This document shows positions 44,083 through 58,200 of a stretch of 64,000 nt of DNA, one piece after another. This DNA comes from Octopus vulgaris (lineage: Eukaryota), in assembly GCA_951406725.2 (NCBI GenBank), contig OX597820.1:94736001-94800000 (forward strand), written 5' to 3'. The notes under the pieces were generated by a model. The model had not been told where the DNA came from. It worked only from the letters and a program-made list of their open reading frames with translations, and ran no database searches. Position numbers and translations under genes: made by a program. Numbering within the stretch: the first letter of the stretch is position 1; each line of letters begins with the position of its first letter.

Positions 44083-46440
44083 CATCTATGCTTGTGTTCC
44101 TGTGTACATCTGAATATGTGTATGTGTGCTTCCATAAAATATACTCTTTGTAACTTTGATACTTGAAAGGTAACATAAGAAATCCTTGTGAGTCTTAAGA
44201 ATGATGAAATTAATCAAATTATTCTTATTCTCAGCTGCCAAAGATTTTGTGGTTTCTCCATATACTATATATTCTTAATGAGACTGAATATAGGTTTATT
44301 AAACATATTTTCAATGTTATCTATGTACGCATATATTCATGTTATAACAAAAGCATGATATACATGTGTGTGTGTATACACACACATTTGTGGGCATCAG
44401 CTATAACATGTTGCAAGTCCATTGTAGGACAGTGCCAGTGGTGACTAAACCATCAGTCTCGAGTTCACTCCTCAGGAGTGTTTGAGGGATCCCAATAGCT
44501 CTAAAAGTAAGAACTGTTAAAGTGGAAGCACAAGTTGTCATTGCCATTCAGACACTAAAAGAAAGCATGAAGGCAAATCCACCATGACAGTCTGCAGCAC
44601 TGGCATCTCTCTGTTATTGGACAGGCCTCCTATCATCTCAGTGCAGTTGTACTGTGGATATAGAGGCCCTAAAGTCCAAGCATTGTGGAAATCAAACTCA
44701 AGACTCTTTCTCTGTTCTAATCAAACTTGCTAGCAAGTGACCATTGGGTTTCAATTCACCTGCTAATGTCTAATGGTGATCATGTTCAGTTACAACTAGA
44801 TACTTTGGCATTGAAAGTTGTGAAGGTTGTCTTTAAGATGAATTGGGGAGAACACCTGAATTTGGCAGCTGCTTTCATGATGGAGTAGGCATATTTAAAG
44901 AAGGGGCTCCCACTCCCCACTAGAGATGGATCTAGAAAGGATGGTCTAAAATCATCTTGTGCCTACCTCCTATAACTAGACAGCCATATTTGGTAGGTTA
45001 TCCATTTCCATATCACAACAACCATTCAAAAGATTGAATTGTTCCTTTGATCACTTTAACATGGAACATTCAAACTCTGCAAGACAAGAGAATCATCAAC
45101 AGACAGGAACACTGAACTGCTCTGTTTGCCCGACAGCTGACAAGGTTCACCGTTGATGTCGCTGCAATTGCTGAAACCAGATTAGCAAACAAAGTTTAAA
45201 TAGCAGAAATACTCTCTTCTGGAAAGATATATCTCAAGAGGACTGACATATCCATGGAGTGGAATTTATAAAAAGGAAAAAAAAACAAACCTCTTTAAAT
45301 TACTATAATTGGCAAACTAGTTTTATCACTCCCCTCTCAGCATCTTGTCCAACTTCTACTCCCTCGAAGTTGACATCACCAAGCAACAGCAAGTAGCCTA
45401 CAAATCTTTTGGACATTTCTCACAAAGTATCTCTCAGTCATAACTTGAGATATGAAGCAAAAGTTATTATCTGTCAGGCTGTTGTGCACTCCAGACGTTT
45501 CTGTTGTTGTGAGACTTGGACAGTGTATAAATACTCAACACTATGACATAAGTGATTTCATCTAGCAAAGTTGCAACTGATCCCAAGCATCAAATGGGAT
45601 GACTATGTCACAAACAACTATCTACTTACTAGAACAAAATTAACGAGAAACCTAACCATCACTGAATAACATTCACTTCAATGGTTCAGGCATGTATAAA
45701 GGCTGCCATGCACAAGTATCCCAAACAAATGATCCTTTACTCTGAAATTATTGAAGGCCACTGCTCAATGAGTGCATCAAGATCTGTCTTTTATTTTAAT
45801 ATCCAACCTAACAACTGGGAAAAGATTGCTGACAGCTATAAGAACTGCAGATAAGCATGTGGAAAAGGAGCTATTGCTGCAGGTCACATTTATGTTAAGA
45901 AGCTGAAGAGCCAGAAGAAGAGAAAGAGTTCATTGATGAATTCTGAGACAAGGATTATCTTTGATGATTTAGTAACCGATTATTCATCTCACGATAAAAG
46001 AGTAAGCATCAACAACATGAATGAAGAGACTTTGAAAATAACAGTGAGGAAATGCAAGATATATTTAACTATATATGCATTATGTGTACATGTGTGTGTG
46101 TGCAAATTTATATAATGCTTCTCTTTATATATATATATATATGTGTGTGTGTAGGGAAGGAGTGAGAAATATATTACACAAATGTAATTCTTTTTCCCAA
46201 ATAATTTTTACTTCTTATTCAAGATTGATGAAGCTATAGGATGTTATTCAGGCACTCAGCTATGAGTCCACTGCATCTTATAGCTGTAAGCTAATGTATT
46301 TCATAACATGACTGTTTTTTTTTTTCTTTGTCATCTTATTTTCTTATTAACATTCTATATTTGTCTAACACTTCATTCTGAAGCATATATATATTGAGTT
46401 CTACACCAAGTTATTAGTCTCTCAATGCCTAAGTGAAATC

Positions 46441-46479
<39 letters not shown>

Positions 46480-49400
46480 TACAGGGTACGGTGAATAAAC
46501 TGTCGTCTAAATTACGCAAAAACGAAAATAACGGTGACATCTCATTTTAACAAATATATTTACCAAAATTACATGAAAATATTTTGAAATACTAAAGAGT
46601 AAATCTATTCAATAAAATCGCCCTTGGCTTCAACCACAACTGCCAGATGACTTTGGAATCTCCTGCAACTCCTCTGGACAGTCATCTTGTTTAAGTTGGT
46701 GAATGCTGCCATAATCTTTACCTTCTTTGGTGTCACAAGTAGTTTTGTTGGTCTCTCGCTCAACTGTACCCCACACATAATAATCAAGGGGGTTGCAGTC
46801 TGGGGAGTTAGGTGGCCAGATGTTAGAGGTGATGTGGTCACAGAAATTGTCTGACAGCCATGACTGGGCTCTCTTGCTGGTGTGGCATGGTTCAGAGTCC
46901 TGTTGCCAGACATAGGGTCCAGCATCCACCCTCTTGATCTAGGGCAGCACTACCTCCTCCAGGCACTTGATGTAGGCCTCCATGTTGAGTCTGAGGCCAT
47001 GTGGTAAAATGAATAGAGGCATAACATCGCTATCACTCTTGATACATGTTTTGAGGACACAGCAAGCCAATGGTTGTTCTGTGTGTTCACCATTTGATCC
47101 TGGCAGAAATTTTTCTCATCTGAGAAAAACAAAACATGTACAGTTGGTGGGGATGCTTGAGTTTGTTCAAAATCTTCATAGCATGATCTTTCCTCTTATC
47201 TTTAATGGCTTGGAATAAAAATTGGCCCTTTCTCATCTTGTATGAGGAATACCAAATGTCTTCAAGCACTGTCTGCCTAATAAGAAACTCAGACATTCCC
47301 ATGTCCCTGGCAATGGACCTGATTGACTTGGAGGGATCATTGTCAATCATGGTCTGGATCTCACCGACAAATTCGGAAGTTCTTTTCTTATCAGAATGAT
47401 CAGAGTGAGATTTCCAAGCTGCCATACCTTCATCATTACCATTCTGTACCTTCATCACCAACTCTTTCCAAATCCTCTGTACTGACCTCATATTGACATC
47501 CAAACACTCTGAAATGTTCATTTTGGAGCTTCTGGCACAAATGCCAAGCAGTACAGCATGTCATTTCCAAATTTCTGGCAGAGTGAATTGCATCATGGCA
47601 CTATTTTTCTCACAGATGGTGCCCAACTGATCCTACTATACTGTGTAGTTGACAAAATCAAAAACAATGCACATGTGCAAAATTAAAAATATAAAATGGT
47701 GACAATTTACCCATCGCACCCTGTATATATACAGAGAGAGAGAGAGTGAGAGAGAGAAAGAAAGAGAGTAATGAAATGGATTTAACATAACATTTGTAAT
47801 CTTTATCTCATCTACAGCTTTATTAATGTAGGATCCCGTCTTACTAGTTTTCTCTTGGAATATCCTGATGATGACACTTTGAGCATCGCAGATGCTAGCA
47901 AATTTCTTCCAATAAAAGACAAGACTTTGTTAATAAGTGGCTCATCTCTCCATGATATAAAACAGCGTTTGATACAACGACTACCACCACACTTAATGTT
48001 TGGTGAGTATGGAACACAGGTAAGACAGCTAAATGGATTTTATTTAGTTTCTGTAAGCCCCTATGAGTTGACAGGGACAGTTGAGTGCCAGGGTAAATAT
48101 TTCAGTCTTGGCCCCTTATATTCGCAGTTCAGATCCTTCTAAGGTAGACTCATCTTTCTATCATGCAAGAGTTGATAAACTGTGTACCAGTCATACACTG
48201 GTACAGTTCAACTGTATGTCAGGTTTTATTTGATTTAATAATGCATTTTGTGAACAATAGTATCATTGGTGGCAGGTTTCCATTTGGTCTATTATTGTTC
48301 ACTATATTTACAATGTTGTGTAACAAGGATCATCTTTATCTTTTACTTGTTTCGGTCATTAGACTGTGACCATGCTGGGACTCCACCTTGAGGAAATTTT
48401 AGTCTAACTAATTGACACCAAGATTTATATAAAAATTTGTTTTTGTTTGTTTTTTCCAAACCTGGTACTTTATCATTGGTTGAATTTACCAAGCCGCTAA
48501 GTTACATGGACATAAACACACCAACACTGCTTGTCAAGCAGCAGTGGGGAACAAACACTGGCACAAAGACACACACATATTTTATACAGATTCTCTGTCA
48601 TTGCCTTTATGTGATTCAACCTCCTGAGATGAGTCTTCACCACATCTCATGTCATCTTCAATCTTCTTCTTGAACAAGGCATCACATGATAAGAGATCAA
48701 ACCAATTGAAATGTTGTATAGATGTAAATATTGCTTTCAAATTTTGGCACAAGGCCAGCAATTCCAGGATAGGGTTAAGTTGATTAGATCAACCCCATTG
48801 CTTATTTCATCGACCCCATGTACTTATTTCATTGACCCCGCAAAAGGATGAATGGCAAAGTAGACCTCAAACATAAAGACAGACTAAATGACACTAAACA
48901 TTTTATTTGGTGTGCTAATTATTCTGTCAGCTCACCTCCTTGTATACATGCAAATATTGAAAATTATTTCATCTATAAAGCTAATATAAAAATCCCCAAA
49001 GTTTTGATTGTGTTCCTGTGTAATTTTTACAATATGAAAATTAATTTCTTCCGGGTAATAAACAACAACAAAAAAAGCAATTATTTTCTTCTTTCATAGG
49101 CCACCTATAATTTTGTGCCCCACTGCAAGCGTCTTTCTGAATATGGGTAAGTTCTATATTCATATAATTTTACCTTTGTTCTGGTATTTCACAGGTTTGA
49201 GATGTCAAAAATTTCTGTGTAAATTAAACACGAATTAGTAATTGTGATCTGCTTGTGGTCTGTCAACAATGCATTGGTTGGTTCAAATGTCACACCTTGG
49301 CTATCTCTTCTCTAGGCACACACATCATAACAGTTTACTACTATTTTAACCTTCTACTTAAAGTCTCTCGTTTTCCATTTAGTAATAATTAAACAAGGAA

Positions 49401-52230
49401 TATCAAACACAGCAGTTTTTCTTTTTCTCTATTCACCTAAGGTTACTTTCATTATTTTTCTTCATTTATATTTAAATAACAAATTTCGTTATTAGCATTG
49501 TCATAGCAGTGAAAACTGGTTCTTTTGACTCACTTGTGCCACAATCTTCACAATAGCACATACACACACAGAGATAAACATGAATTTGTTTGCATTATTT
49601 TATATTATATTCTAGGTGTATCTGAAGTTTCGTATGCTTGTGTGGGTACTCTGGAAAAATCAGAATGAATCTGAGGGAAACAGTTAGAGGGGACTCCATC
49701 AAGACCTATGTCCTTGAGTGGGCAGGAACTATTACTAAAATGGAGTTCAGATGCATTTGAATGTCCACTTTTCCATGCTTGCATAAATTGGACTTTATTT
49801 ATATGTGTATATATATATATATGTGTGTGTGTGTATGTTTGTGTTGAACCATTAATCCTGACACGTTTTTTCTTCCTCTGTTTTTCTCCTCTCAACCCTT
49901 TCTGTCAAAGAGCGTAGGCTCAAATTGTCAAAGACTTCCATTCTTCCCAAGCAGCCAACTAATACACCAGCTTGGTGTTTCCTCACCAGTTTTCATCTTT
50001 AGTTTTCTGTAAATTTAAACTATATATATATATATATATATATATTTAAGTGCATATATATATATACATAAGTGTGTGTGTGTGTGTGTACACATTGGAC
50101 TTAAAGTCACAAGCATACACATTTTCCAATTCCATTTTGATTTTAGGTTTGGTTTCTTTGTCTGTCCAGGCACTGCAGCTTGGAACAGTCTGGCTGGCTT
50201 CCCAGAGGCAGCTGTTGCCAATATATTTAATGCTGCAAAGTGTGCCTCAACTCAGTCAGGCCTTGGTCTATTGGTATGCCATTGGGCTGGTAGCAGCTTT
50301 CTCACTCACTCACCATTCTGTTGGCCTGGTTTTGTCATCACTGCTGGCCTCGCCTGGAACAAGGATATACACTGGGTAAGTTAATGGTAATATAAAACAC
50401 ATCTAAGACCCTTTTTTTTATCTTCTCCATATATTCTGATTCTTACTACCTAAAAATTTTAGAGATATCATAACAGCTTCTCCAAGGCATTCACTGTGGC
50501 ACTTGATCTTATTTGATTTATTTTTAGCTTTGTTTTGACATCTGTTTTATTTGATTTATTGTAGATTTGTTATTGTTTAGCTCAAGATTATCCTTGATTG
50601 AGCAAAACTGCTACACTGTGAAAATTTTTTTTCTTCTTTTTTGTCTTTGGTTACTAAGTGTTATTTCCTATTTACTTCTATTTAGAAATCAAAGGAAGGA
50701 AATAACTATCATTCCCTTCAAACTTTGCTTTTGTGACTGGACATCAATGTTTTGAAACTGACCTATTTTCCATTACATTTCAGACAGATTCAGTGCTGAG
50801 TTGCTGAAGCAGAAATATTGTTATAGCAAATATTCTGCTCTATACCATAGATCTGATTGTCAATCACTTGACCATAACCACTTGAGCATGTCCCTTAGTG
50901 GCTGACAATATGTGCATCTCTGATCATAAGCAGGAGTAGTGGGGGAGCATCACAACCATGTGGTGAGAGGGTTTTTTTGGGGTTTGAATAGATAAATGTA
51001 ACAAGAGCAAAGTATGAAGAAGTATTAATCATTTCTCATACTTTCTGGGGGCAAGCAAATAGGAAATAACAGCTGCTACCTAAGGACAAAACTCATGTTA
51101 CACAGTGTTATCAAAGGTATTCCAACAGTGATCATTCCATCTTTTTTCTCAGACATAGTGTATCAGTGTTTACTTAGTGTATTATTCCATTTCTAAGTTA
51201 GTAGGGATGATATAAGGGCAATTTGGCTTCTTTTTCTAGTAGCTTGAATAGCCATGTAAAACACTTTTGTTGGCTCATTAATGTAGAGAAAATTAATGTA
51301 GGTTCTACCTTCTCATTTATTCTATCTCTCTGCATTTTGTGCATGTATCTCTTTAAAAACACAACTATTTTGTTTTGTTTTTCGGGGCTTTTTTGCTTTA
51401 CACTTTGACAAAAGTATTTTGTGTCAAATATTAGAATATTTAATTATTCTAAGTCTCTAAATGAATCAATGTTTTAAGATGTTCATCACCTCCAGATTAA
51501 GGTGGTGGGTTGGCAGAATCATAAGAGCTTTAGGCAAAATGTCTCATAGTATTTACTCTGGTTCTTTATGTTCTGAGTTCAAATCCTGCCTAGGTCGTCT
51601 TCTTGTTTCATCCGTCCAGTGTCACTAAAATTAAGTATTAATCCAGTGTAATGCATTAGTGATATTTTTAAACATGGTAGCAAATACCATGCTGTATTTA
51701 TTGTGACTCCTTACAATCTGAATTCACCTGCCGTGACAATGGTGCTTTGTTATAGTAGCCCTTACCATTCCCTTGGATAACATACATTGCTAACCTTGAC
51801 CGAGTGAGGCCATTGAATTGATCTAGATCAGTGGTTCTCAACCATATTTTTACCTATGGATCCCTTTGATTCCTATTCTATTCAATGGAGGGGGACCCTC
51901 AACATCTAAAACTCCTGTTATATTCTTGTGACTAAATATTATTAGGAATTGTATAAAAAAATTGTTTGAATATTTTGTGTATTGTAGAAGTACAACCATT
52001 TTATTATCTCTTATCTTTTACTTGTTTCAATCATTTGACTGCAGCCATGCTGGGGCTCCACCTTGAAGTGTTTTAGTCAAACAAATCGACCCCTGGACTT
52101 ATTTTAGTTAAGCCTGGTACTTATTTTATCGGTCTGTTTTGCTGAACCACTAAGTTACAGAAACATAAACACACCAACTTTGGATCTCAAGCAGTGGTGA
52201 TGGGAAGGGACAAAAACAGACATGAACACA

Positions 52231-52283
<53 letters not shown>

Positions 52284-55200
52284 GATGAGTTTCTTTCTGT
52301 TTCTGTCTACTAAATCCACTCACAAGGGTTTGGTCAGCCCAAGACTATAGTAGAAAACACTTGTCCAAGGTGCCATGCAGTAAGACTGAACCTAAAACCA
52401 TATATTTCAGAAGCAAGCTTCTCACTGCACAGCCATGCCTGTGCCTATTACAGGCTATATAGACACCAGTTGAAAACCACTGATCTAGATTATATATATA
52501 TATGCTAGGATATAATGTGAAATTAATAATTATTTCTAGCATAGGTACATGCTCATATGTTATAGGAGTACACAGTTGATGCAGTCAACACCAATATTTC
52601 ACATGATTTGATGTTAACAACCCCAGAAGGATAGAAAGCTAACTCCAACCTCAACCAAATTTGAACTTGAAACATAAAAGGCCATAACTAAACATGCTAA
52701 TACAGCCGTCTACTGATTCTACCAAAGATATAATAAGATTAAGAGACTACAATTTGAAATCATAAAATGGGAGGTTTTTAATAATAGATTTTACTCCCAA
52801 ATATTTAATTTCTCATTATTATCAATGACTCTCTTACTCTGCTAAATCTTTTATCAATTGAATTTAAACTTCATTAGCAGCAATGTTGTTATTAATATGT
52901 TCTCCTTAAGGGAAAATTTCCGCTTTCCATGCTAGCATGGGTTGGACGGTTCAACTGGGGTCTGATCTGGCAGTGTTTCTACGGCTGGATGCCCTTCCTA
53001 ACGCCAACCACTCCGTGAGTGTAGTGGGTGCTTTTTACGTGCCACCCGCACAGGTGCCAGGCAAGGCTGGCAAACGGCCACGGACGGATGGTACTTTTTA
53101 CGTGCCATCGGCACAGGGGCCAGGCAAGGCACCATCCGATCGTGGCCATTGCCAGCCTTGCCTGGCCCCTGTGCCGATGGCACGTAAAAAGCACCATCCG
53201 TCCGTGGCTGTTTGCCAGCCCTGTCTGCCAGATCAGACCCCAGTTGAACCGTCCAACCCATGCTAGCATGGAAAGCGGACGCTAAATGATGATGATGATG
53301 ATGTCTGCTGTTTCCATGGTGGCATGAGTTGGGCAAGAGTTATTGGTTTTCTAGGTTAGATGGAAACTGAGAAAGCCTGTCATATATGTGTATGTGTGTT
53401 AGTATTGTGTTTATCCACTATTTCACAGCTAGTGTTGGTTTATTTATGTTCCTGTAACTTAGCTGCTCAGCAAAAGTGAGACATACCAGGCTTTAAAAAA
53501 TAAGTACTCGTGGAGTGGTAGGGGGTTATTTATCTGACTAAACCCTTCAAGATAATGAGATAGTGCCTCAATATAGCTGTAGTTCAGTGACTGACACAAG
53601 TATAAGGTAAAAGATATACAATGGGCTTCCATACAGTTTCCATCTGTGTTACAAGCTCCATGTTAGAAGTAGAGCCTGTGAGATAACATGCTGTTGAATG
53701 CATGATGTTGGCAACATTTATGTTTACAATTAAATTTACATACCGTAAATCCTCGAGTATAGTCCGCCCTTCAGTATAATACGCAGGGGATTTTTAGGGG
53801 GCTGTACCTCTGAAAAACCTAAACTTTGTATATAATACACACCCCTTCTTTAACTTGAGTCGCGCTTAATTAAGCCAGCAGCACCAAGTCGAACAAACTG
53901 CATGCGTAATACAATAATGGTGATGTTCTTAACTGTTATATGGGAATGTAAATATGTTTGCAAATTGTTTTTGCTACATGTTATTCTGTGTTCTGAATAC
54001 TTTTATTTTAATAAATGTTGCTTACTGCAAGTTATGGATGATTCTTTTATGACTTCATTGCTTTCAGGCTTAGCTTAAGGTATTTTCCCACCCGACATCA
54101 CAAAATGCGTTTGAATAAATATTGCCGGACAGCAAATAGAGACTCGGACATTACTTAGAAAATATTTTTCATTTTTAACCTCGTATATAGTACGAACTAG
54201 GGTTTTTGACCTTTAAATTTTGGGAAAGAAATGCGGATTATACTCGAGGATTTACAGTACATCATTAGTCATTTGCAATATATTTGTCTGCCTTCCAAAG
54301 GTTGCAGATTGTTGTTTAGCCTTTGGTCAGCTTTTTTCATGCAAACTTTACAACCAAAGATGTTCCAAACATGATTTTGTATATTCAGAATTATCTTATT
54401 CAGTGTACCTTTTCTATTATTGAGACAGTACTGTGTGATTTGAGAGATATTTGACTGTTATCTTTAGCAGGTCAAGGAACTATCTATTGGCTCAATTATA
54501 GTTAGCTGTTTAACAGGAATCCATTAAATAAATTAGGCAATTAGAGTTTATGTTTCTTCCATAAGAACACAACATACTGGCTATAGTAATAAATCATACA
54601 TTGATGATCATAGCACCCAGTTGTCCAGCACTCTTAACCATTGTAATGTAGGGTCAAAGTGGGGAGGGATCCTTAGCTTCTGTCTAAATATAATGATAAT
54701 TCTATCAGATCTCATTCTTATTTCAGGAGTTTCTTCAGAGCAATCTGGCAGACCTTATGAACAAACATATATTTCGTGATGATTCTTCTGTTTTTGGACA
54801 AGTTATCATTGAGTTGGGAAGAATTGAGACCTACGTCTATCGATGTTCCCAAAAGAAACAAGGTAGGAAGCTAGTTCCTGTCAAAGATAATGGTGTGTGA
54901 TTTTTAGTTCCTGTTTCGTTGATGCTATTAAATTCTATTATTGAAACAAAAATATTTTATGGTGACCACAAGTGACAATCATCATCATCATCATCGTTTA
55001 GCATCCGTTTTCCATGCTAGCATGGGTTGGACGGTTCTACTGGGGTCTGTGAAGCCAGAAGGCTTCATCAGGCCCAGTCAAATCTGGCAGTGTTTCTACG
55101 GCTGGATGCCCTTCCTAACGCCAACCACTCTGTGAGTGTAGTGGGTGCTTTTTACGTGCCACCCGCACTGGTGCCAGACAGAGCTGGCAAACGGCCACGA

Positions 55201-58200
55201 ACGGATGGTGCTTTTTATGTGCCACCGGCACGAGGGCCAGGCAAGGCTGGCAACGGCTGGCAACAAATGAGTATTAATTTCTTATTCCCTCCATGGAAAG
55301 GAAAATCATCATTATAATGTCTTGATGTGTTGTCAACACACTGTTTTCATCAATACAGTGTCACCAATTGTATTAAGTTTATTACATTTCTTTTTTGCTT
55401 TTGTTATTTGTCTGCTGCTGCTGTTCTTGAAAATTGTTTGGTAGTTTTATTTCTGATTCTAATACTCTTAATTATTCCCTTTTTTCTTTTTCTTTTTTCT
55501 TCTTTTTTGTGCAACAGGTTTGTTAGAGCTTTGACAAAGAACTACTTGTGGTGGATAGTAGTTTTATGTAAGGGTAGTCTTACACACACACACACACACA
55601 CTTTACTGTGCGCGTGCACACACACATACACACACACACACTTTACTAGGATATCTGAATTTACTTAACAAAGTTGTCATACTGAAAATATTTTTTATTT
55701 TACTAAGATATTGAAAACAACAAATCTTGCTTGTTTTTTTTTTCTTTACAACTTCAGCAGTCCTCAAAATTTTTATTTGGCCTAGTTTCTGCTTTTTTTC
55801 CAATGTATCCCAAAGAGAAATATCACTGCTCTCTCCTTAAGCATAGGAGTGGCTGTGTGGTTGCTTAACATCCACATGGTTCCGGGTTCAGTCCCACTGC
55901 GTGGCACCTTGGGCAAGTGTCTTCAACTATAGCCTCGGGTTGACCAAAGCCTTGTGAGTGGATTTGGTAGACGGAAACTGAAAGAAGCCCGTCATATATT
56001 ATATATATGTGTGTGTGTATATGTTTGTGTGTCTGTGTTTGTCTCCCTAACATCACTTGACAACCGATGCTGGTGTGTTTACATTGCCGTAACTTAGTGG
56101 TTCGGCAAAAGAGACCGATAGAATAAGTACTAGGCTTACAAAGAATAAGTCCTGTGGTCGATTTGCTCGACTAAAGGCAGTGCTCCAGCATGGCCACAGT
56201 CAAATCACTGAAACAAGTAAAAAGAGTTATGTACAATTATTCAACTGTAACTCCACTGTGGTCGATTATGCTCGACTATCTCCTCTTTTTTAGATGATGA
56301 CCAAACCTCTCTTCCTTGTGAAAATGGGTCCACTCTTACTAATTTCCTTGTGCGACCTGATGAAACAAGATTAGAAGACTTAACAGCAGATATTCTACAG
56401 GTAAGGGATTAGTTCAACATTTCAGTCTTTTTATGCTGTCCTGTGGCATCAGCAACCTTTATATTATCTCAAGTCCTTACCCTCTGACTCATGTATATAG
56501 GTACATTCACTACTCGTCCTTCCTTGATATTCTCACATACCGGTATACCCAGACACTAACATATTGATAGTGCTGTACTCAGAAATCACAAACCTACATA
56601 CATATCCATTTCCTTCCTCCATAACTACCATGAAGTCTGTATAATAGCAAACAGAACTTTTCCTGTCTATTTCTTGATAAAGAGCCTCTGCTTGAAACAC
56701 CTTTAGAGTTCCTTTCCTCATTGCAACAGCATTTAATTTTAGCTATTACCACATAGGCGCAGGAGTGGCTATGTGGTAAGTAGCTTGCTAACCAACCACA
56801 TGGTTTTGGGTTCAGTCCCACTGCGTGACATCTTGGGCAAGTGTCTTCTGCTATAGCCCCGGGCCGACCAATGCCTTGTGAGTGGATTTGGTAGACGGAA
56901 ACTGAAAGAAGCCTGTCGTATATATATATATATGTATGTGTGTTTGTCCCCCTAGCATTGCTTGACAACCGATGCTGGTGTGTTTACATCCCCGTCACTT
57001 AGCGGTTCAACAAAAGAGACCGATAGGATAAGTACTGGGCTTACAAAGAATAAGTCCCGGGGTCGATTTGCTCGACTAAAGGCGGTACTCCAGCATGGCC
57101 GCAGTCAAATGACTGAAACAAGTAAAAGAGTAAAGAGTACTTCCTTTGTATTACTTGTTGCCAACACAGACCCATATCAGATTCCTGTGATTTTAGATTT
57201 TACATTCAGTCTTTATGTATTGCTGTCATCATATATAGTCTTTATCAAATCTATTTTAATTGACCTATGGCATAACAAAATCTGAAATAAGCTAAATAAA
57301 GCATACGATGAACACTTCTTGCTGCGGCTGTCCTGTCTAAGAAATAATGTTGCTTTAGTTATCTATGTACAATACCTAATAGATTTTGATGTTTATATAC
57401 AAGCACAGACATGGTTCTGTGGTTTAGAAGTTCACTGCTCTACCATATTGTTCCTGGTTTGATCCAGTGCATGACTTGATCAAGTCATCATGAAGCAATA
57501 GTCTGTCTTCAGGTGCCCTTCTTCACATAACACTACTGAATGGAATATTTTGTTAATGAGGGATGTAACCTAATATCGCTGTGCCCACATGGTGACAATG
57601 TGAAGACAATAACAACATACAGGAAGTTTGCTTCCCAGCCATGTGATATGGGGTTCAATCCCATTGCAGGGTGCATTGAGCAAACACACTCTACTTTAAC
57701 TCCAATGTCAACCAAAGCCTTCTGAGTGAATTTGGTACATCAAAACTGAAAAAAAAAACTCATTTTATATATCTTTTTATTTTTTTTCTTGTTTCAGTCA
57801 TTAGACTGTGACCATGCTGGGACACCAGCTTGAAGAATTTTAGCCTTCTATTGTTGTCAACCAAAGCCTTGTGTGGTTGGAAAGCAAACATCTTACCATA
57901 CAATCATGCCTGCACCTATATAATTGTTCACATTTTCCCTTTTAAATAAATAGACGTGCTTCAGCATATACAAGATTATGTTTCAATTTCTTTGTCCACT
58001 AATTGTATTCAGTTATCCACTTCTATGTATGTTATATATAGACAAATACACACACATATAATAAGTTTTGTGTCTCTTAATTCAAAACTGTTTCAGTACT
58101 ATAATACAATTTGTTTTCTGTTATCTAATTGAAGCGAGCCAACCGCCTTCTACGGAAGCACCAGTCTGATGTAACAAGCATCCAGTTGAATTGTCCACAA

